Assembly: GCA_963663385.2 (NCBI GenBank)
Contig: CAXXXD010000004.1
Location: 192,001-256,000, forward strand
Source of the DNA: Oceanispirochaeta sp.
GTDB taxonomy: Bacteria > Spirochaetota > Spirochaetia > DSM-2461
Reading direction: 5' to 3'
Length of the DNA stretch: 64,000 nt
This document shows, in pieces, positions 37,886-47,968 of the stretch; position 1 is the first letter of the stretch, and every line of letters begins with the position of its first letter. A model generated the notes under the pieces. The model worked only from the letters and a program-made list of their open reading frames with translations. It ran no database searches and was not told where the DNA came from. The position numbers and the translations under genes were made by a program.

Positions 37886-38820
37886 GCAGCAGTATACCGT
37901 GCAGAAAAGCATTTACCGTGAAAATAACAGAGCTGGCTAAAAAAGATCCATCCATTATGGTTGTTACATCCGATGCCAGGGGCTCGGTTACCCTCAATCA
38001 GTATGCTGAGGAGTTGCCGGAGCAGTTTGTGGAAGTCGGGATTGCAGAACAGAATGAAGTGGGAATCGGAGCCGGGATGGCTACATTCGGGAAAAAGGTT
38101 TTTGTTTGTGCCCCCGCCTGTTTCCTATCGGCCAGAAGTCTGGAACAGGTTAAGGTGGATGTGGTTTATACACATACCAATGTGAAGATTATCGGAATCA
38201 GCGGTGGTATCAGTTACGGCGCTCTGGGGTATTCCCATCAATCCCTTCATGATATTGCTGTGATGCGAACCTTCCCCGGTATGGATGTGATTATTCCTTC
38301 CGACCGTTTTCAGGCTGAAGCCATTACTGAATGGCTTGTCGGGAGCGGAGAACCGGCGTATGTCAGGATGGGAAGGGGCGCCGTAAAGGATATTTACTCC
38401 CAAAGCGCTGGCAGTTTCACCTATGGAAAAGCCAATGTTTTAAAAGAAGGTGATGATATTGCCATTATAGCTGTTGGAGAAACTGTCAGCAGAGCCGTTG
38501 ATGCGGCAGAACTCCTGAATAATGAGGGAGTGAGCGCAAGGGTTCTGGATATGGCAACCATTAAACCTATTGATCGGGAAGCCGTACTTAAGGCTATGAA
38601 AGAAACCAGAGGGATTGTAACTGTTGAAGAACACAGTATTTTCGGTGGTTTGGGTTCGGCTGTTGCGGAAATCATTATTCAGGAAGAACCTGTTCCCATG
38701 CGGATTATGGGGATTCCTGATGAGATAACAGTGGAAGGCGAATCTGCAGAGATTTTTGAGTATTACAATATTACTCCGGAAGGGATTAGAGACCAAGCTC
38801 TCAGTATTTTGAAAGGTTAG
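37882..38820 (+). CDS. Transketolase C-terminal subunit (AptB-like)
   Basis: 'EVGIAEQN', 'GISYGALGYSHQS', 'TIKPID', 'VEEHSIFGGLGSAVAE'. Confidence 0.9.
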   Translation: MSSSIPCRKAFTVKITELAKKDPSIMVVTSDARGSVTLNQYAEELPEQFVEVGIAEQNEVGIGAGMATFGKKVFVCAPACFLSARSLEQVKVDVVYTHTNVKIIGISGGISYGALGYSHQSLHDIAVMRTFPGMDVIIPSDRFQAEAITEWLVGSGEPAYVRMGRGAVKDIYSQSAGSFTYGKANVLKEGDDIAIIAVGETVSRAVDAAELLNNEGVSARVLDMATIKPIDREAVLKAMKETRGIVTVEEHSIFGGLGSAVAEIIIQEEPVPMRIMGIPDEITVEGESAEIFEYYNITPEGIRDQALSILKG

Positions 38821-38823
38821 GAA

Positions 38824-40320
38824 ATGATGGCAGAGAAGAAGTACTTTTTAACAATCGATCAGGGCACTTCCGGGACGAAAGCCTTAATTTTTGGTCGTGA
38901 CGGCAAGATGATCTGCCGTCATGATGAGGGACATAGACAGTTTTATCCCCGGCCGGGGTGGGTCGAGCATGATCCTGAAGAGATTTTTGCCAATACCCTG
39001 AAAGCTGCAAAAGAAGTAATGAATATGGCTGGGACGAGCAGCCGTGAGATAATCTGTATCTCCATTTCCAATCAGAGAGAAACCACCCTTATGTGGGATC
39101 GTGTGTCAGGGAAACCTGTTATGAATGCTGTCGTATGGCAGTGTCAGAGGGGGGAGGGCGTTTGCAAAGAGCTTGAGAAAGAAGGAGCAGCCCCAGACGT
39201 TAAGAAAAAAACCGGAATGGTACTTTCCCCTTATTTTTCAGCGGCAAAAGCTAAATGGATTATGGATAACTGTGTGAATAACAATTCCAGGATTAATAGG
39301 GAGAATGTTGCTTTTGGTACCATGGATAGTTATCTGATATGGAAGCTGACCGACGGAAAGGTTCATGCCACCGATTACTCCAACGCCAGCCGGACCCAAC
39401 TGTTCAATCTTCATACCCTGAAATGGGATGAGGATTTGCTCAATATGTTTGGTTTGGATCCATTCATGATGCCCGAAGTGAGAAGTTCCAATGCCCGGTA
39501 CGGGGAGACTCCCGAGGGAATGTTTGATACGAAGATTCCTGTCGCGGGTGTTCTGGGAGACTCCCATGCGGCCTTCTTTGGGCAGTGCTGTACTGAGAGA
39601 GGCATGACAAAAACAACCTACGGAACAGGATCTTCCGTGATGATGAATATTGGTGATACGCCGATAGATTCTAAAAATGTTGTGACATCCGTTGGGTATT
39701 CTATTGATAATGAAGTTGTGTTTGTTCTGGAAGGGAATATTAACTGCACAGGAGCAACAATAAAGTGGCTGGTCGATGATATTGAACTGTTTGGTTCTTC
39801 CAAAGAGGTTGGAGGCCTGGCCGAATCCGTGGAGGACAACCAGGGGGTATATCTGGTTCCCGCCCTGACCGGTTTAAGCGCTCCTCACTGGAATAGTGAA
39901 GTGCGGGCCGTGATTTCCAATATGTCCAGGGGGACCAAAAAAGCCCATATCGCCAGAGCAGCCGAAGAGTCTATTGTATATCAGATTATGGATGTCATTA
40001 ATGCCATGGGTGAAGAATCTGGGATTCAGGTGGCTGACCTTAGAGTTGATGGCGGCCCTACCAGGGATAACTTTCTTATGCAATTCCAGTCTGATATGCT
40101 GAACGCCCCTGTTGTCAGGAATAAAATAGAAGAGCTTTCAGCTACGGGTGCTATGTATATGGGAGGTCTGGCGATGAAGATCTGGGATACCGTTCGGGAA
40201 ATAGAGAAGCTCCGCGAAATAGAGATAACCTTTAAACCTGTTATGAGCGCTGAGGTAAGACGAAAAAATTATTCCGGATGGAAGAAAGCTGTGAATAACC
40301 TGCTTCAGTCTGAAAATTAG
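38824..40320 (+). CDS. FGGY kinase, glycerol-kinase-like (candidate apulose kinase)
   Basis: 'IDQGTSGTK', 'ISNQRET', 'VWQCQR', 'TDYSNASRT', 'GDSHAA' (glycerol kinase typically has GDQQAA), 'KTTYGTGS', 'VDGG'. Confidence 0.85.
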   Translation: MMAEKKYFLTIDQGTSGTKALIFGRDGKMICRHDEGHRQFYPRPGWVEHDPEEIFANTLKAAKEVMNMAGTSSREIICISISNQRETTLMWDRVSGKPVMNAVVWQCQRGEGVCKELEKEGAAPDVKKKTGMVLSPYFSAAKAKWIMDNCVNNNSRINRENVAFGTMDSYLIWKLTDGKVHATDYSNASRTQLFNLHTLKWDEDLLNMFGLDPFMMPEVRSSNARYGETPEGMFDTKIPVAGVLGDSHAAFFGQCCTERGMTKTTYGTGSSVMMNIGDTPIDSKNVVTSVGYSIDNEVVFVLEGNINCTGATIKWLVDDIELFGSSKEVGGLAESVEDNQGVYLVPALTGLSAPHWNSEVRAVISNMSRGTKKAHIARAAEESIVYQIMDVINAMGEESGIQVADLRVDGGPTRDNFLMQFQSDMLNAPVVRNKIEELSATGAMYMGGLAMKIWDTVREIEKLREIEITFKPVMSAEVRRKNYSGWKKAVNNLLQSEN

Positions 40321-40347
40321 TGAGCAATCTCTCAAAAGGCTTAAAAT

Positions 40348-40400
40348 TAAAATAAGCTGTTCCTTGCTTCTGTTATGATATTGAGGAACAGCTTATTTTA
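40348..40400. terminator. Bidirectional terminator between convergent genes
   Basis: TAAAATAAGCTGTTCCT...AGGAACAGCTTATTTTA 17-bp inverted repeat. Confidence 0.75.
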
Positions 40401-40847
40401 TTATTTAACAGCAAAACAGATCTGAGTCTGCAGCTCTTCCGGTTTAACTTCCAGGGGCGAGTTCAGGTAGTACTCATACATCCATTCCTGGACATCAAGC
40501 TGCTTCTCCTTAACAAAGGCCATCAGTTTTTCGTATGTTCCTTCCAGTTTGTCATAGGGACCGGTATGTATGGTTGTGACAATTTCCCCACCGGGGATCT
40601 GACCGGGTTTAATCCGCCCCTCTCCCTTATCGGACTGATTGACGGGGAAACCCATTTCTACATCCAGGGCTTCCATATCCATATTGTAGTACATGGCATA
40701 GGGCGGTCCGGCGAATTCGATACCCTTTCTGCCCATATAACCGGCCAGTTCCTGGTATACCTCCCCCATTACTTCTGAAATTTTACTGACCGGGGTTGTC
40801 AGCCTTATCATCAGAGAATCCTGCTGCTGTACTTTTCTGATCTCCAT
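40401..40847 (-). CDS. GyrI-like small-molecule-binding protein
   Basis: ATG 40847 after AAGGAG; 'AGPPYAMY', 'VEMGFPV', 'HTGPYDKL..TYEKL', 'EYYLNSP...ELQTQI'. Confidence 0.85.
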   Translation of the reverse strand: MEIRKVQQQDSLMIRLTTPVSKISEVMGEVYQELAGYMGRKGIEFAGPPYAMYYNMDMEALDVEMGFPVNQSDKGEGRIKPGQIPGGEIVTTIHTGPYDKLEGTYEKLMAFVKEKQLDVQEWMYEYYLNSPLEVKPEELQTQICFAVK

Positions 40848-40891
40848 CTGTGACTCCTTCAATTGTGATGAGTCAAGTATGACACGGGGTA

Positions 40892-40911
40892 TATGACAAC
40901 TGTATGTCGTA
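40892..40911 (-). promoter_or_regulatory. Palindrome upstream of the GyrI-like gene, probable WYL-regulator site
   Basis: TATGACA-actgta-TGTCGTA; a minus-strand CATACT -10 lies at 40881-76. Confidence 0.7.
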
Positions 40912-40927
40912 ATTATTTTACAAATAT

Positions 40928-41863
40928 TCAGATATATTTTTCTTTGATTTCCGATGCCGTTCTCTCAAGCCTTTCTCTGACATGGAGCGGTCCCAGAACT
41001 GTCACCAGGGAACCGTAAGAGAGGATGAATCCGAACATCCAGCCGTCTTCGGGCATACTTGTTTTTACGATAAGACTCCCTCCGGGACCTTCTGAACAGT
41101 TTTCCTCGCTGTGATACTCCTCTACCATGGAACGAATGGATGCATCAAACTGTAGTGTTAACTCAACAGCTTCCGAACCGCTCTGCCTCTCCTGCTGTTG
41201 AATATACTCTTCAAAAGAAATCTCTTTCCGCTTAAAATGGGCGGCCAGTATTTCGGGGTTGCGGATACGGGAAATCCGGAAAAGCCGGAAACCTTCCTTC
41301 ATTCTGCACCAGGCAAAGAGGTACCAGCCCCGCCACTTGAAGGCTATTGTCAGAGGCTCCACTGTCCGTCTGACCGACTCCAGTTTATTATTGGTGTAGG
41401 TAAAGCGGACAAGCCTTTCCGAATCCACCGCCTCCTTTACTGTTCTGAAGGCTTCCTGATGCCGCGGATCTCCTCCCAGCATGGTAAAATCCATACTGAG
41501 CTTCCCGCTTCTGCCAGTCAGAAAATCAGAGTCGTGCGCGGGCAGAAGAGTCTTCATCTTCTCCAGGGTATTGTCTATACTCCTGTCGCTCAGGGTATCC
41601 GAAACACTCTTCAGTGACGTTATGATGTAATACAGATCTTCAATGGATACCAGCTGACTGTCCATTTTAAAGTTTTCCATAATGCCGTACCCCCCATTGG
41701 GGCCCTGGATACTGACAATGGGAATTCCTGCCAGTTCTATGGCTTCCATATCCCGCTGAATGGTTCTTACGGTAACGCTGAAACGCTGGGCCAGTATCCG
41801 GGCGCTTACCAGTTCATGGTTCATCAGATAGACAATGATGGAAAGGAGACGGTCAATCTTCAT
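40928..41863 (-). CDS. YafY-like HTH-WYL-WCX transcriptional regulator
   Basis: 'MKIDRLLSII', 'FSVTVRTIQRD', 'GPNGGY', 'RTVEPL', 'WYLFAWC', 'FRLFRISRI', 'ILSYG'. Confidence 0.93.
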   Translation of the reverse strand: MKIDRLLSIIVYLMNHELVSARILAQRFSVTVRTIQRDMEAIELAGIPIVSIQGPNGGYGIMENFKMDSQLVSIEDLYYIITSLKSVSDTLSDRSIDNTLEKMKTLLPAHDSDFLTGRSGKLSMDFTMLGGDPRHQEAFRTVKEAVDSERLVRFTYTNNKLESVRRTVEPLTIAFKWRGWYLFAWCRMKEGFRLFRISRIRNPEILAAHFKRKEISFEEYIQQQERQSGSEAVELTLQFDASIRSMVEEYHSEENCSEGPGGSLIVKTSMPEDGWMFGFILSYGSLVTVLGPLHVRERLERTASEIKEKYI

Positions 41864-42078
41864 GATAACGGGATTATAGCATAAGGGATGGGCTTGCGTT
41901 TCCCTTTTTATTGATCGGGAATATTGTTCTTGCTGGTTTTAAAGAAACTTCCCGGGCAGAAAAAATTCTCTGATTTTCCTGATTTCAGAAGATAATTGCA
42001 AATATATCTGTAAAAATTTGAAAGCATTAGTAATTATTACTATTATTATATTGAATACTTGAAACAGGAGAATCAATA

Positions 42079-42579
42079 ATGGCAAATGTAACACTGCAGG
42101 GAACACCTGTAACAACAGTAGGAACCCTTCCAGAACCGGGCAGCAAAGCAGAGGATTTCCATCTGGTAAAACCGGATCTTTCGCCAATTACCCTGTCGGA
42201 GTTTGCGGGTCGGAATGTTGTTCTGAATATTTTCCCCAGTCTGGATACGGAGACCTGTGCCATGTCTGTCAGGAGATTTAACAGGGATGCTTCTTCCCTG
42301 GACAATACAGTTGTTATCTGTATTTCGGCGGATCTCCCCTTTGCCGCCGGACGTTTCTGCTCTACCGAAGGACTGGAGGATGTCTATACAGCCTCTGTAT
42401 TCCGTGATGAAGACTTTGGAAAGGATTACGGAGTAGCCTTTGCGGACGGGCCTCTGTTTGGTCTTCTTTCCCGGGCTGTCGTGGTCATCGATCCACAGGG
42501 AATTGTGAGGTATAATCAGCAGGTTCCGGAAATTGCGGATGAACCGGATTATGAATCGGTTTTGTCACTGCTGAGATGA
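42079..42579 (+). CDS. tpx: Thiol peroxidase
   Basis: 'NIFPSLDTETCA', 'ISADLPFAAGRFC', 'GLLSRAVVV', 'VPEIADEPDY'. Confidence 0.95.
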   Translation: MANVTLQGTPVTTVGTLPEPGSKAEDFHLVKPDLSPITLSEFAGRNVVLNIFPSLDTETCAMSVRRFNRDASSLDNTVVICISADLPFAAGRFCSTEGLEDVYTASVFRDEDFGKDYGVAFADGPLFGLLSRAVVVIDPQGIVRYNQQVPEIADEPDYESVLSLLR

Positions 42580-42707
42580 ATTTGCACACCCCTTTCTGAA
42601 TCCGATTGATATAGCATCCGGATGATATTAAACTTATAGTTTGGTCTCGGCATTTTTATAAAGACGTTTCCGGGATCTCGGAACACAATATGGAATTGGA
42701 TTAAGAA

Positions 42708-44366
42708 GTGGATAAATCAGATTTTTTTATAATTGAAAAGACTCAATTTTCAAAGAACTCCGGCCTGACTGGCAGAGAAGGCTTATTTATATGCGATAAC
42801 AACTATGTCTGTATTGATTGTAACAACGATGCTCTCTCTATGTTCCGGTATAAGAAGGAAGAGGCTTTTCAATTATCCATTCTTTCCCTGTTTGCACCTG
42901 CTGTGATCAGTGATGTGAAAAGGGTGTTCAGTTCTCCCTCTGACATTACCTTTGAGGCTGTAATGCAAAAAAAGGATGGCAGTTCCTTTCATGGACTGAT
43001 TCATAAATCCGTATTTATTTCCGGAAATGACAAAACCTGTATTATAAGCTGTCAGGATGTCAGCCGTATGCGGCTGATCGACCGGGAATTGAGACAGAAT
43101 CGGGACGAGCTTGAAGCAATATTCGATAACGAGTATGTGGGGATTGGTCTGGTCGGAAAGGACCGCCGGATCATCCGGGCTAATAAGAAACTCGCATTCC
43201 TTTGCGGTTATGAAAAAAGTGAAGATATTATTGGTTTGGGGATGAGTGATTTTCACCTTGATAAGGAACAGAACAGTTTCTTTCAGGAACTGTACAGAAC
43301 ATCCCTGGCCGAGCATAAACATGTTCAACTGGATTTTCAGTTCAAACACCGGGATGGCTCGCCGCGGTGGATGAGTGTTTCCGGCATGATGATCGGCAGG
43401 AATCTCCCCCCCGACGAGGAGGAGAGGATCCTCTGGATTCTGGATGATATTACAGAACGGAAATCCATGGAGCGGAAGTTGAATGAAGCGAATCTGGAGC
43501 TGGAGACAATTTTTGATAATACCATGATGGGTATTCTTGTGCTGAAAGGCTATAGAAAGATATATCGCGTAAACAAACAGTTCCTCAGGATGTTCGGTTA
43601 TGAATCAGAAGAGGAATGGATCGGAGAATCAGTCAGGAAGCTGCATCTCTCTGACGGGAATTTCAGGGAGTTCGGAGAGAAGTTCTACGATCTCCTTGTG
43701 AATCATGAAGTTCTTGAGGTTGAATATCAGCTGAAAAAAAAAGACGGAAGTCCCATCTGGATCGCCATATCGGGGAAGGCTATGGATCCGGTAAGTCCCT
43801 GCGATCTGTCCAAGGGGGTTGTGTGGATTATCCAGGATATTAATGAACGGAAAAAAAACGAAGCTGAATTGCAGAGGCTGGCGACGACTGATCCTCTGAC
43901 CGGGATATTGAACAGGAGGTCCTTTACAAACCTGGCGTCCCGGGAATTTGAGATCCGGTGCCGTTACCAGACACCCCTGTCCCTGCTGATGCTTGATATA
44001 GATCATTTTAAGAAAATCAATGATCAATACGGACATAACTGCGGTGATACGGCCCTCCGTCTATTCTCCAGACTCTGTAAACGGGAGATCCGTTCCACCG
44101 ATATTTTCGGTCGTTTTGGTGGAGAGGAGTTTGCTATTCTTCTTCTGGGACTGGATCAGAGGGATGCGCGGCAGGTCGCAGAACGTATACGTCGCAGCAT
44201 TGAAAGGGAAACACCCGATGAGTCGGAGTCTGCTCCAGCTATGACAGTCAGTATCGGATTAGTGACAGTATCGGAAGAGGATACTCTGGAGAGTACCCTT
44301 TCCAAAGCGGATAAACTGATGTACAAAGCCAAACGGAGTGGACGAAACCGGATATGCTCCCAATAG
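42708..44366 (+). CDS. Multi-PAS diguanylate cyclase
   Basis: Three PAS-like repeats ('KKDGSSF', 'HRDGSPRW', 'KKDGSPIW'), 'TDPLTGILNRR', RSTD followed by 'GRFGGEEF'. Confidence 0.92.
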   Translation: MDKSDFFIIEKTQFSKNSGLTGREGLFICDNNYVCIDCNNDALSMFRYKKEEAFQLSILSLFAPAVISDVKRVFSSPSDITFEAVMQKKDGSSFHGLIHKSVFISGNDKTCIISCQDVSRMRLIDRELRQNRDELEAIFDNEYVGIGLVGKDRRIIRANKKLAFLCGYEKSEDIIGLGMSDFHLDKEQNSFFQELYRTSLAEHKHVQLDFQFKHRDGSPRWMSVSGMMIGRNLPPDEEERILWILDDITERKSMERKLNEANLELETIFDNTMMGILVLKGYRKIYRVNKQFLRMFGYESEEEWIGESVRKLHLSDGNFREFGEKFYDLLVNHEVLEVEYQLKKKDGSPIWIAISGKAMDPVSPCDLSKGVVWIIQDINERKKNEAELQRLATTDPLTGILNRRSFTNLASREFEIRCRYQTPLSLLMLDIDHFKKINDQYGHNCGDTALRLFSRLCKREIRSTDIFGRFGGEEFAILLLGLDQRDARQVAERIRRSIERETPDESESAPAMTVSIGLVTVSEEDTLESTLSKADKLMYKAKRSGRNRICSQ

Positions 44367-44449
44367 AGCGCACCCGAATTTCTCCATAGATTAACTATCT
44401 CTGTCTGAACCAGTCTATCAGGGCTGTTTCTCCAGAATATTCCGATATC

Positions 44450-45421
44450 CTATTTCAGTATCTGGGAAGAAACAGGATCTGTCGGTTCTCCCCCGATAGT
44501 CGCTCTGATTGTGGCGATCCCCTCCGCTTCAAAGGCTGAGGCAACCTTGTCCTGCAGCTCTTTTCCGGGGGTCAGGGCTACCATATATCCTCCCCGGCCT
44601 CCCCCTGTCACCTTGGCGCCAAAGGCGCCCAGGGCATTGGCTCTGTTGCAGAGTTCAATCAGTTTTTCATGTGAGAGTCCCATATCAATAAGTATTTCAT
44701 GGTTTTCATTCATAATGCGGCCGGTCTCCTTCAGATCTCCCGCAGAAAGGGCATGACCCAGCTCTTCAACCTGGCTTTTAATCCGTGTCAGCCTTTTATC
44801 AAAAAGATCGGGATCTTTTTTCTGCTGTTCTTCCAGAAAGCCCTTCAGGGATGCGGTATTGGCTGTTATCCCGCTATTCCCCAACACGATTTCGACCGGT
44901 TCCGACAGAGTGATTCTTTCAAACTGTTTGACATCGTCCTTTATTCTGTATTTAATGACGCCCCCGTAGGTGGATACTGTGTTGTCCAGACCGCTTGGAA
45001 GACCGTGATATCCGAATTCTCCTTCCCAGGCTACATGGTTTATATCCAGAATATCCATTCCCAAATCGAATTCCCGGTTGCAGGCCCGGGTAAAGGAGAC
45101 GCAGATTGCCGCACTGGCTCCCACGCCGCTGCCGGCCAGAAGATCTCCCTCTACAGTTATCTTTATGGGATTCTTTTCCAGATCCAGTCCCATAACTTCC
45201 ACCATCCTGTCAAAGGAAGCCTGGCAATCCTCTTCTTTTGCTTTTTTATAACCGGGGACTTCTATTCTATTGTCTTCCAGTACCCAGCCGGATCCCGATT
45301 CAAGGCGTTCTACATGGCATTCTGTTTCAAAGGGAATAGCCGAAAGAACAGCCGGGACTTCCCATAAAACAAACTGATCGCCGATTAATATTGTTTTTCC
45401 GAATCCTTTTCCTGTGCCCAT
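44450..45421 (-). CDS. GHMP kinase, mevalonate-kinase-like
   Basis: 'GKTILIGDQFVL', 'LLAGSGVGASAA', 'HGLPSGLDNTVSTYGG', 'GAKVTGGGRGG'. Confidence 0.8.
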   Translation of the reverse strand: MGTGKGFGKTILIGDQFVLWEVPAVLSAIPFETECHVERLESGSGWVLEDNRIEVPGYKKAKEEDCQASFDRMVEVMGLDLEKNPIKITVEGDLLAGSGVGASAAICVSFTRACNREFDLGMDILDINHVAWEGEFGYHGLPSGLDNTVSTYGGVIKYRIKDDVKQFERITLSEPVEIVLGNSGITANTASLKGFLEEQQKKDPDLFDKRLTRIKSQVEELGHALSAGDLKETGRIMNENHEILIDMGLSHEKLIELCNRANALGAFGAKVTGGGRGGYMVALTPGKELQDKVASAFEAEGIATIRATIGGEPTDPVSSQILK

Positions 45422-46648
45422 TTATTTCATTCTCCTTTTGCTTAATACTATTTCAACTTCATCTATAAGCTGTTGTTCCTGTCCGATCTTCACCGTGGTG
45501 GCTGCTGACAGTCCATGGCAGGCGTCCGCAAAGCCTCCCAGATGCTCTGTCGCTTCGGGGAGGAATGTGTTCAGGCCGGGAATCCTGCCGGCTCTGATCT
45601 GTACAGTCAGTTCTTCCGATACTCTCATGGAAATTTTTGTTGAATCGAATCTGATCTCTCCAAAGCCCGGGACCCTGTCTGGAACATGCTGAAATCCTGC
45701 CAGATACTTTGACCTGTCCAGGAAATCCATGTCCTTTATCATAGTGCAGAACACACCGATCATCTTTACGCCCATGGGCTGAAAGCGGTCTTCCACATCG
45801 AACCACTGCAGGTGCTCCGTTGTATTTATCGTTTCTTTGAGTCTTTCAATTTCGTTCCGGAATATGATGTTCTGCTTACGGATCAATTCATCTGCATATT
45901 CCGCAGTAGCGGAATCAATCCCTGACTGGCAGATCTCTACACCCCGATCCGTCCCGTTGCTGTAATACCCGACACCGCCCATCGTATCCAGGGTACGGCA
46001 GAGTTCTTCAGCTTTATACTCCCGGTCTCCCAGATTCATAAAGTACTGTTCGCCTTCTTCTGTTTTTTCAACACGGAGCAGGGATTTTTCCTCAGCGATT
46101 TTCATCACATCCCTGTTCACGCCTGAGAGACAGCCTTCTACCAGAAACCCGTCTCCTATGGCTCCGAGGGCGCCCAGGTGAGAGTAGGGTTCCGCACTTT
46201 TCCCCATGCTCTGAAGAAGCCGGTTCGCAAACAGATAGCAGGTAGCTGAGGCCGATATGTCGCGGTCACCCTTTAAACCGAACAGTTCCCCGTCCAGGCA
46301 GAAAACCGAATCATCAATTACTCCTTCAGTCGGATGGTGATCCAGAATGATTATAAGATTCCGACCTTTGTTCATATCTGCTATGATAGGAGCAATCTTG
46401 CCGGCAAAATCGGCAAAAAAGATAATCTGATCATCCCCCGGCAGTATTTTCTCCAGAACCTGAGGATACGGTTTTTCCAGTGAGAACCGGGAAACTTTAT
46501 AGCCGGATTGGCTTAGAGCATTCAGAAGAATGGTTCCCGAGCTTAAACCGTCTGTATCATTATGATGCAGAAGCGTAATTTCCCGGGCCGGATTCTTCTG
46601 TAATGCCGCGATGGCTTTATCCATTGCTAAAAGAAGGTTATCAATCAT
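45422..46648 (-). CDS. DHH-family phosphoesterase
   Basis: 'LHHNDTDGLSSG', 'FADFA', 'ILDHH', 'GAIGD', C-terminal 'GGFADACHGLSAA'. Confidence 0.8.
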   Translation of the reverse strand: MIDNLLLAMDKAIAALQKNPAREITLLHHNDTDGLSSGTILLNALSQSGYKVSRFSLEKPYPQVLEKILPGDDQIIFFADFAGKIAPIIADMNKGRNLIIILDHHPTEGVIDDSVFCLDGELFGLKGDRDISASATCYLFANRLLQSMGKSAEPYSHLGALGAIGDGFLVEGCLSGVNRDVMKIAEEKSLLRVEKTEEGEQYFMNLGDREYKAEELCRTLDTMGGVGYYSNGTDRGVEICQSGIDSATAEYADELIRKQNIIFRNEIERLKETINTTEHLQWFDVEDRFQPMGVKMIGVFCTMIKDMDFLDRSKYLAGFQHVPDRVPGFGEIRFDSTKISMRVSEELTVQIRAGRIPGLNTFLPEATEHLGGFADACHGLSAATTVKIGQEQQLIDEVEIVLSKRRMK

Positions 46649-46786
46649 TGTTTCTCCAAATAGGTTTAAAAATCAAAGGTTATGAACGTTTTCGATCAGT
46701 ATAAGCTGTACAATTGATCGTTTGCAACCATTATTTTGTAAAATCTTTGAGTTGATTCCTTTAGATACTCTGAATATAATGGAAAA

Positions 46787-47584
46787 ATGAAGGATAACGA
46801 TCAAACAAAACAGCTGCAGTCCCAGGGGGCAAGGCAGGAGAGAATCATTGAACTGGTGCAGAGAGACGGTCATGTTCGGGTTCTTGATTTAAGTAAACTG
46901 CTGAATGTCTCGGAAATCACCATCCGGCGGGACCTGGCCATGCTTGAAAAGAAAAACCTTCTTGAGCGAACCCATGGCGGAGCCATATCAACGCATCGTA
47001 TCTACAAAGAGGTCAATTACAGCAGCCGGTCCGATCTGGAACTGGAGAGTAAAGACTCCATAGGAAAGCTGGCTGCTGAGATGATTAATGACGGCGATAC
47101 GGTCTTTATTAACGGGGGATCCACTACCTATCATATATTCAGGTATATTAAAAGTGAAAATGTAAAAATCATAACCACAAATCCCGGGAGCATCGGACAA
47201 ATCGAAAGACCGGATATCGAACTGATACTGGCCGGCGGTTTGTATCATCCCCAATCCAATTCCTTCTACGGCGGTATCACCAATGAAATTCTGAACCAGG
47301 TAAATGCCAATAAGGCAATTATCGGGGTTCACGGCATAAGCTGCCTTTACGGTATAACCACTCCTATGCAGTATGCGGCAGAAACAACCAGGCTTATGAT
47401 AAACAGGACAAGGGGAGAAGTTATCGTTGTGGCGGATCATAGCAAAATCGGGCTGGTTTCCGACTATGTTACCTGTCCTACAAACCGGATAAATACCCTG
47501 ATTACCGATCGATTTCCTGATGAAGAGTATAGGAAGGACTTTGAGGAACTGGGGATTAAAGTTATACAAACCGGTTCTAAATAA
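46787..47584 (+). CDS. DeoR/GlpR family transcriptional regulator
   Basis: 'VSEITIRRDL', 'RTHGGA', 'FINGGSTT', 'VADHSK'; TTGATT, 17 bp, TATAAT, 6 nt, ATG. Confidence 0.95.
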   Translation: MKDNDQTKQLQSQGARQERIIELVQRDGHVRVLDLSKLLNVSEITIRRDLAMLEKKNLLERTHGGAISTHRIYKEVNYSSRSDLELESKDSIGKLAAEMINDGDTVFINGGSTTYHIFRYIKSENVKIITTNPGSIGQIERPDIELILAGGLYHPQSNSFYGGITNEILNQVNANKAIIGVHGISCLYGITTPMQYAAETTRLMINRTRGEVIVVADHSKIGLVSDYVTCPTNRINTLITDRFPDEEYRKDFEELGIKVIQTGSK

Positions 47585-47743
47585 GTTCTTTTTTCAGTTC
47601 ATTTTTATTCTACTTTTCTCTCCCCTCCGGGTTTTTCCGGACACATAGAGTCTGTACAAATGCATGGATTCAATAGGTGATCGACTTGGTTCACAATGTT
47701 TATTGCGATGTTCGTAAACAATCTTCAAATTGCAAATTATTGT

Positions 47744-47798
47744 TTGACAGACTGAAAGTATCGGGTTAATGTTTCATTAATGATCGAGAACGATCATT
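47744..47798 (+). promoter_or_regulatory. ABC operon promoter with palindromic operator
   Basis: TTGACA (47744), 17 bp, TAATGT; AATGATCG-agaa-CGATCATT at 47779-98. TGATCG/CGATCA half-sites also occur in 46690-46720. Confidence 0.7.
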
Positions 47799-47968
47799 CA
47801 GTGAAGCGCTTTTTTATTAGAAGAGATCAGGATGAATTTGATCGTGAAAATAGAATCATACGATCGGTTCCGATCTTTTTTCTTAAATTGTTTCAGTCAC
47901 TTAGGGATCCTTTTCCTCTAATACTTCAGAGGAAAAGGATCGGGAAAATAAAGAATAAGGAGAATTAC

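Noticed and set aside
38824..40320. Gene symbol glpK
   Set aside because: GDSHAA and WQCQR variants and the transketolase/apiose-type context argue against a true glycerol kinase.
44450..45421. Gene symbol mvk
   Set aside because: Motif I is altered (GDQ for GEH) and there are no mevalonate-pathway neighbours; the substrate is unproven.
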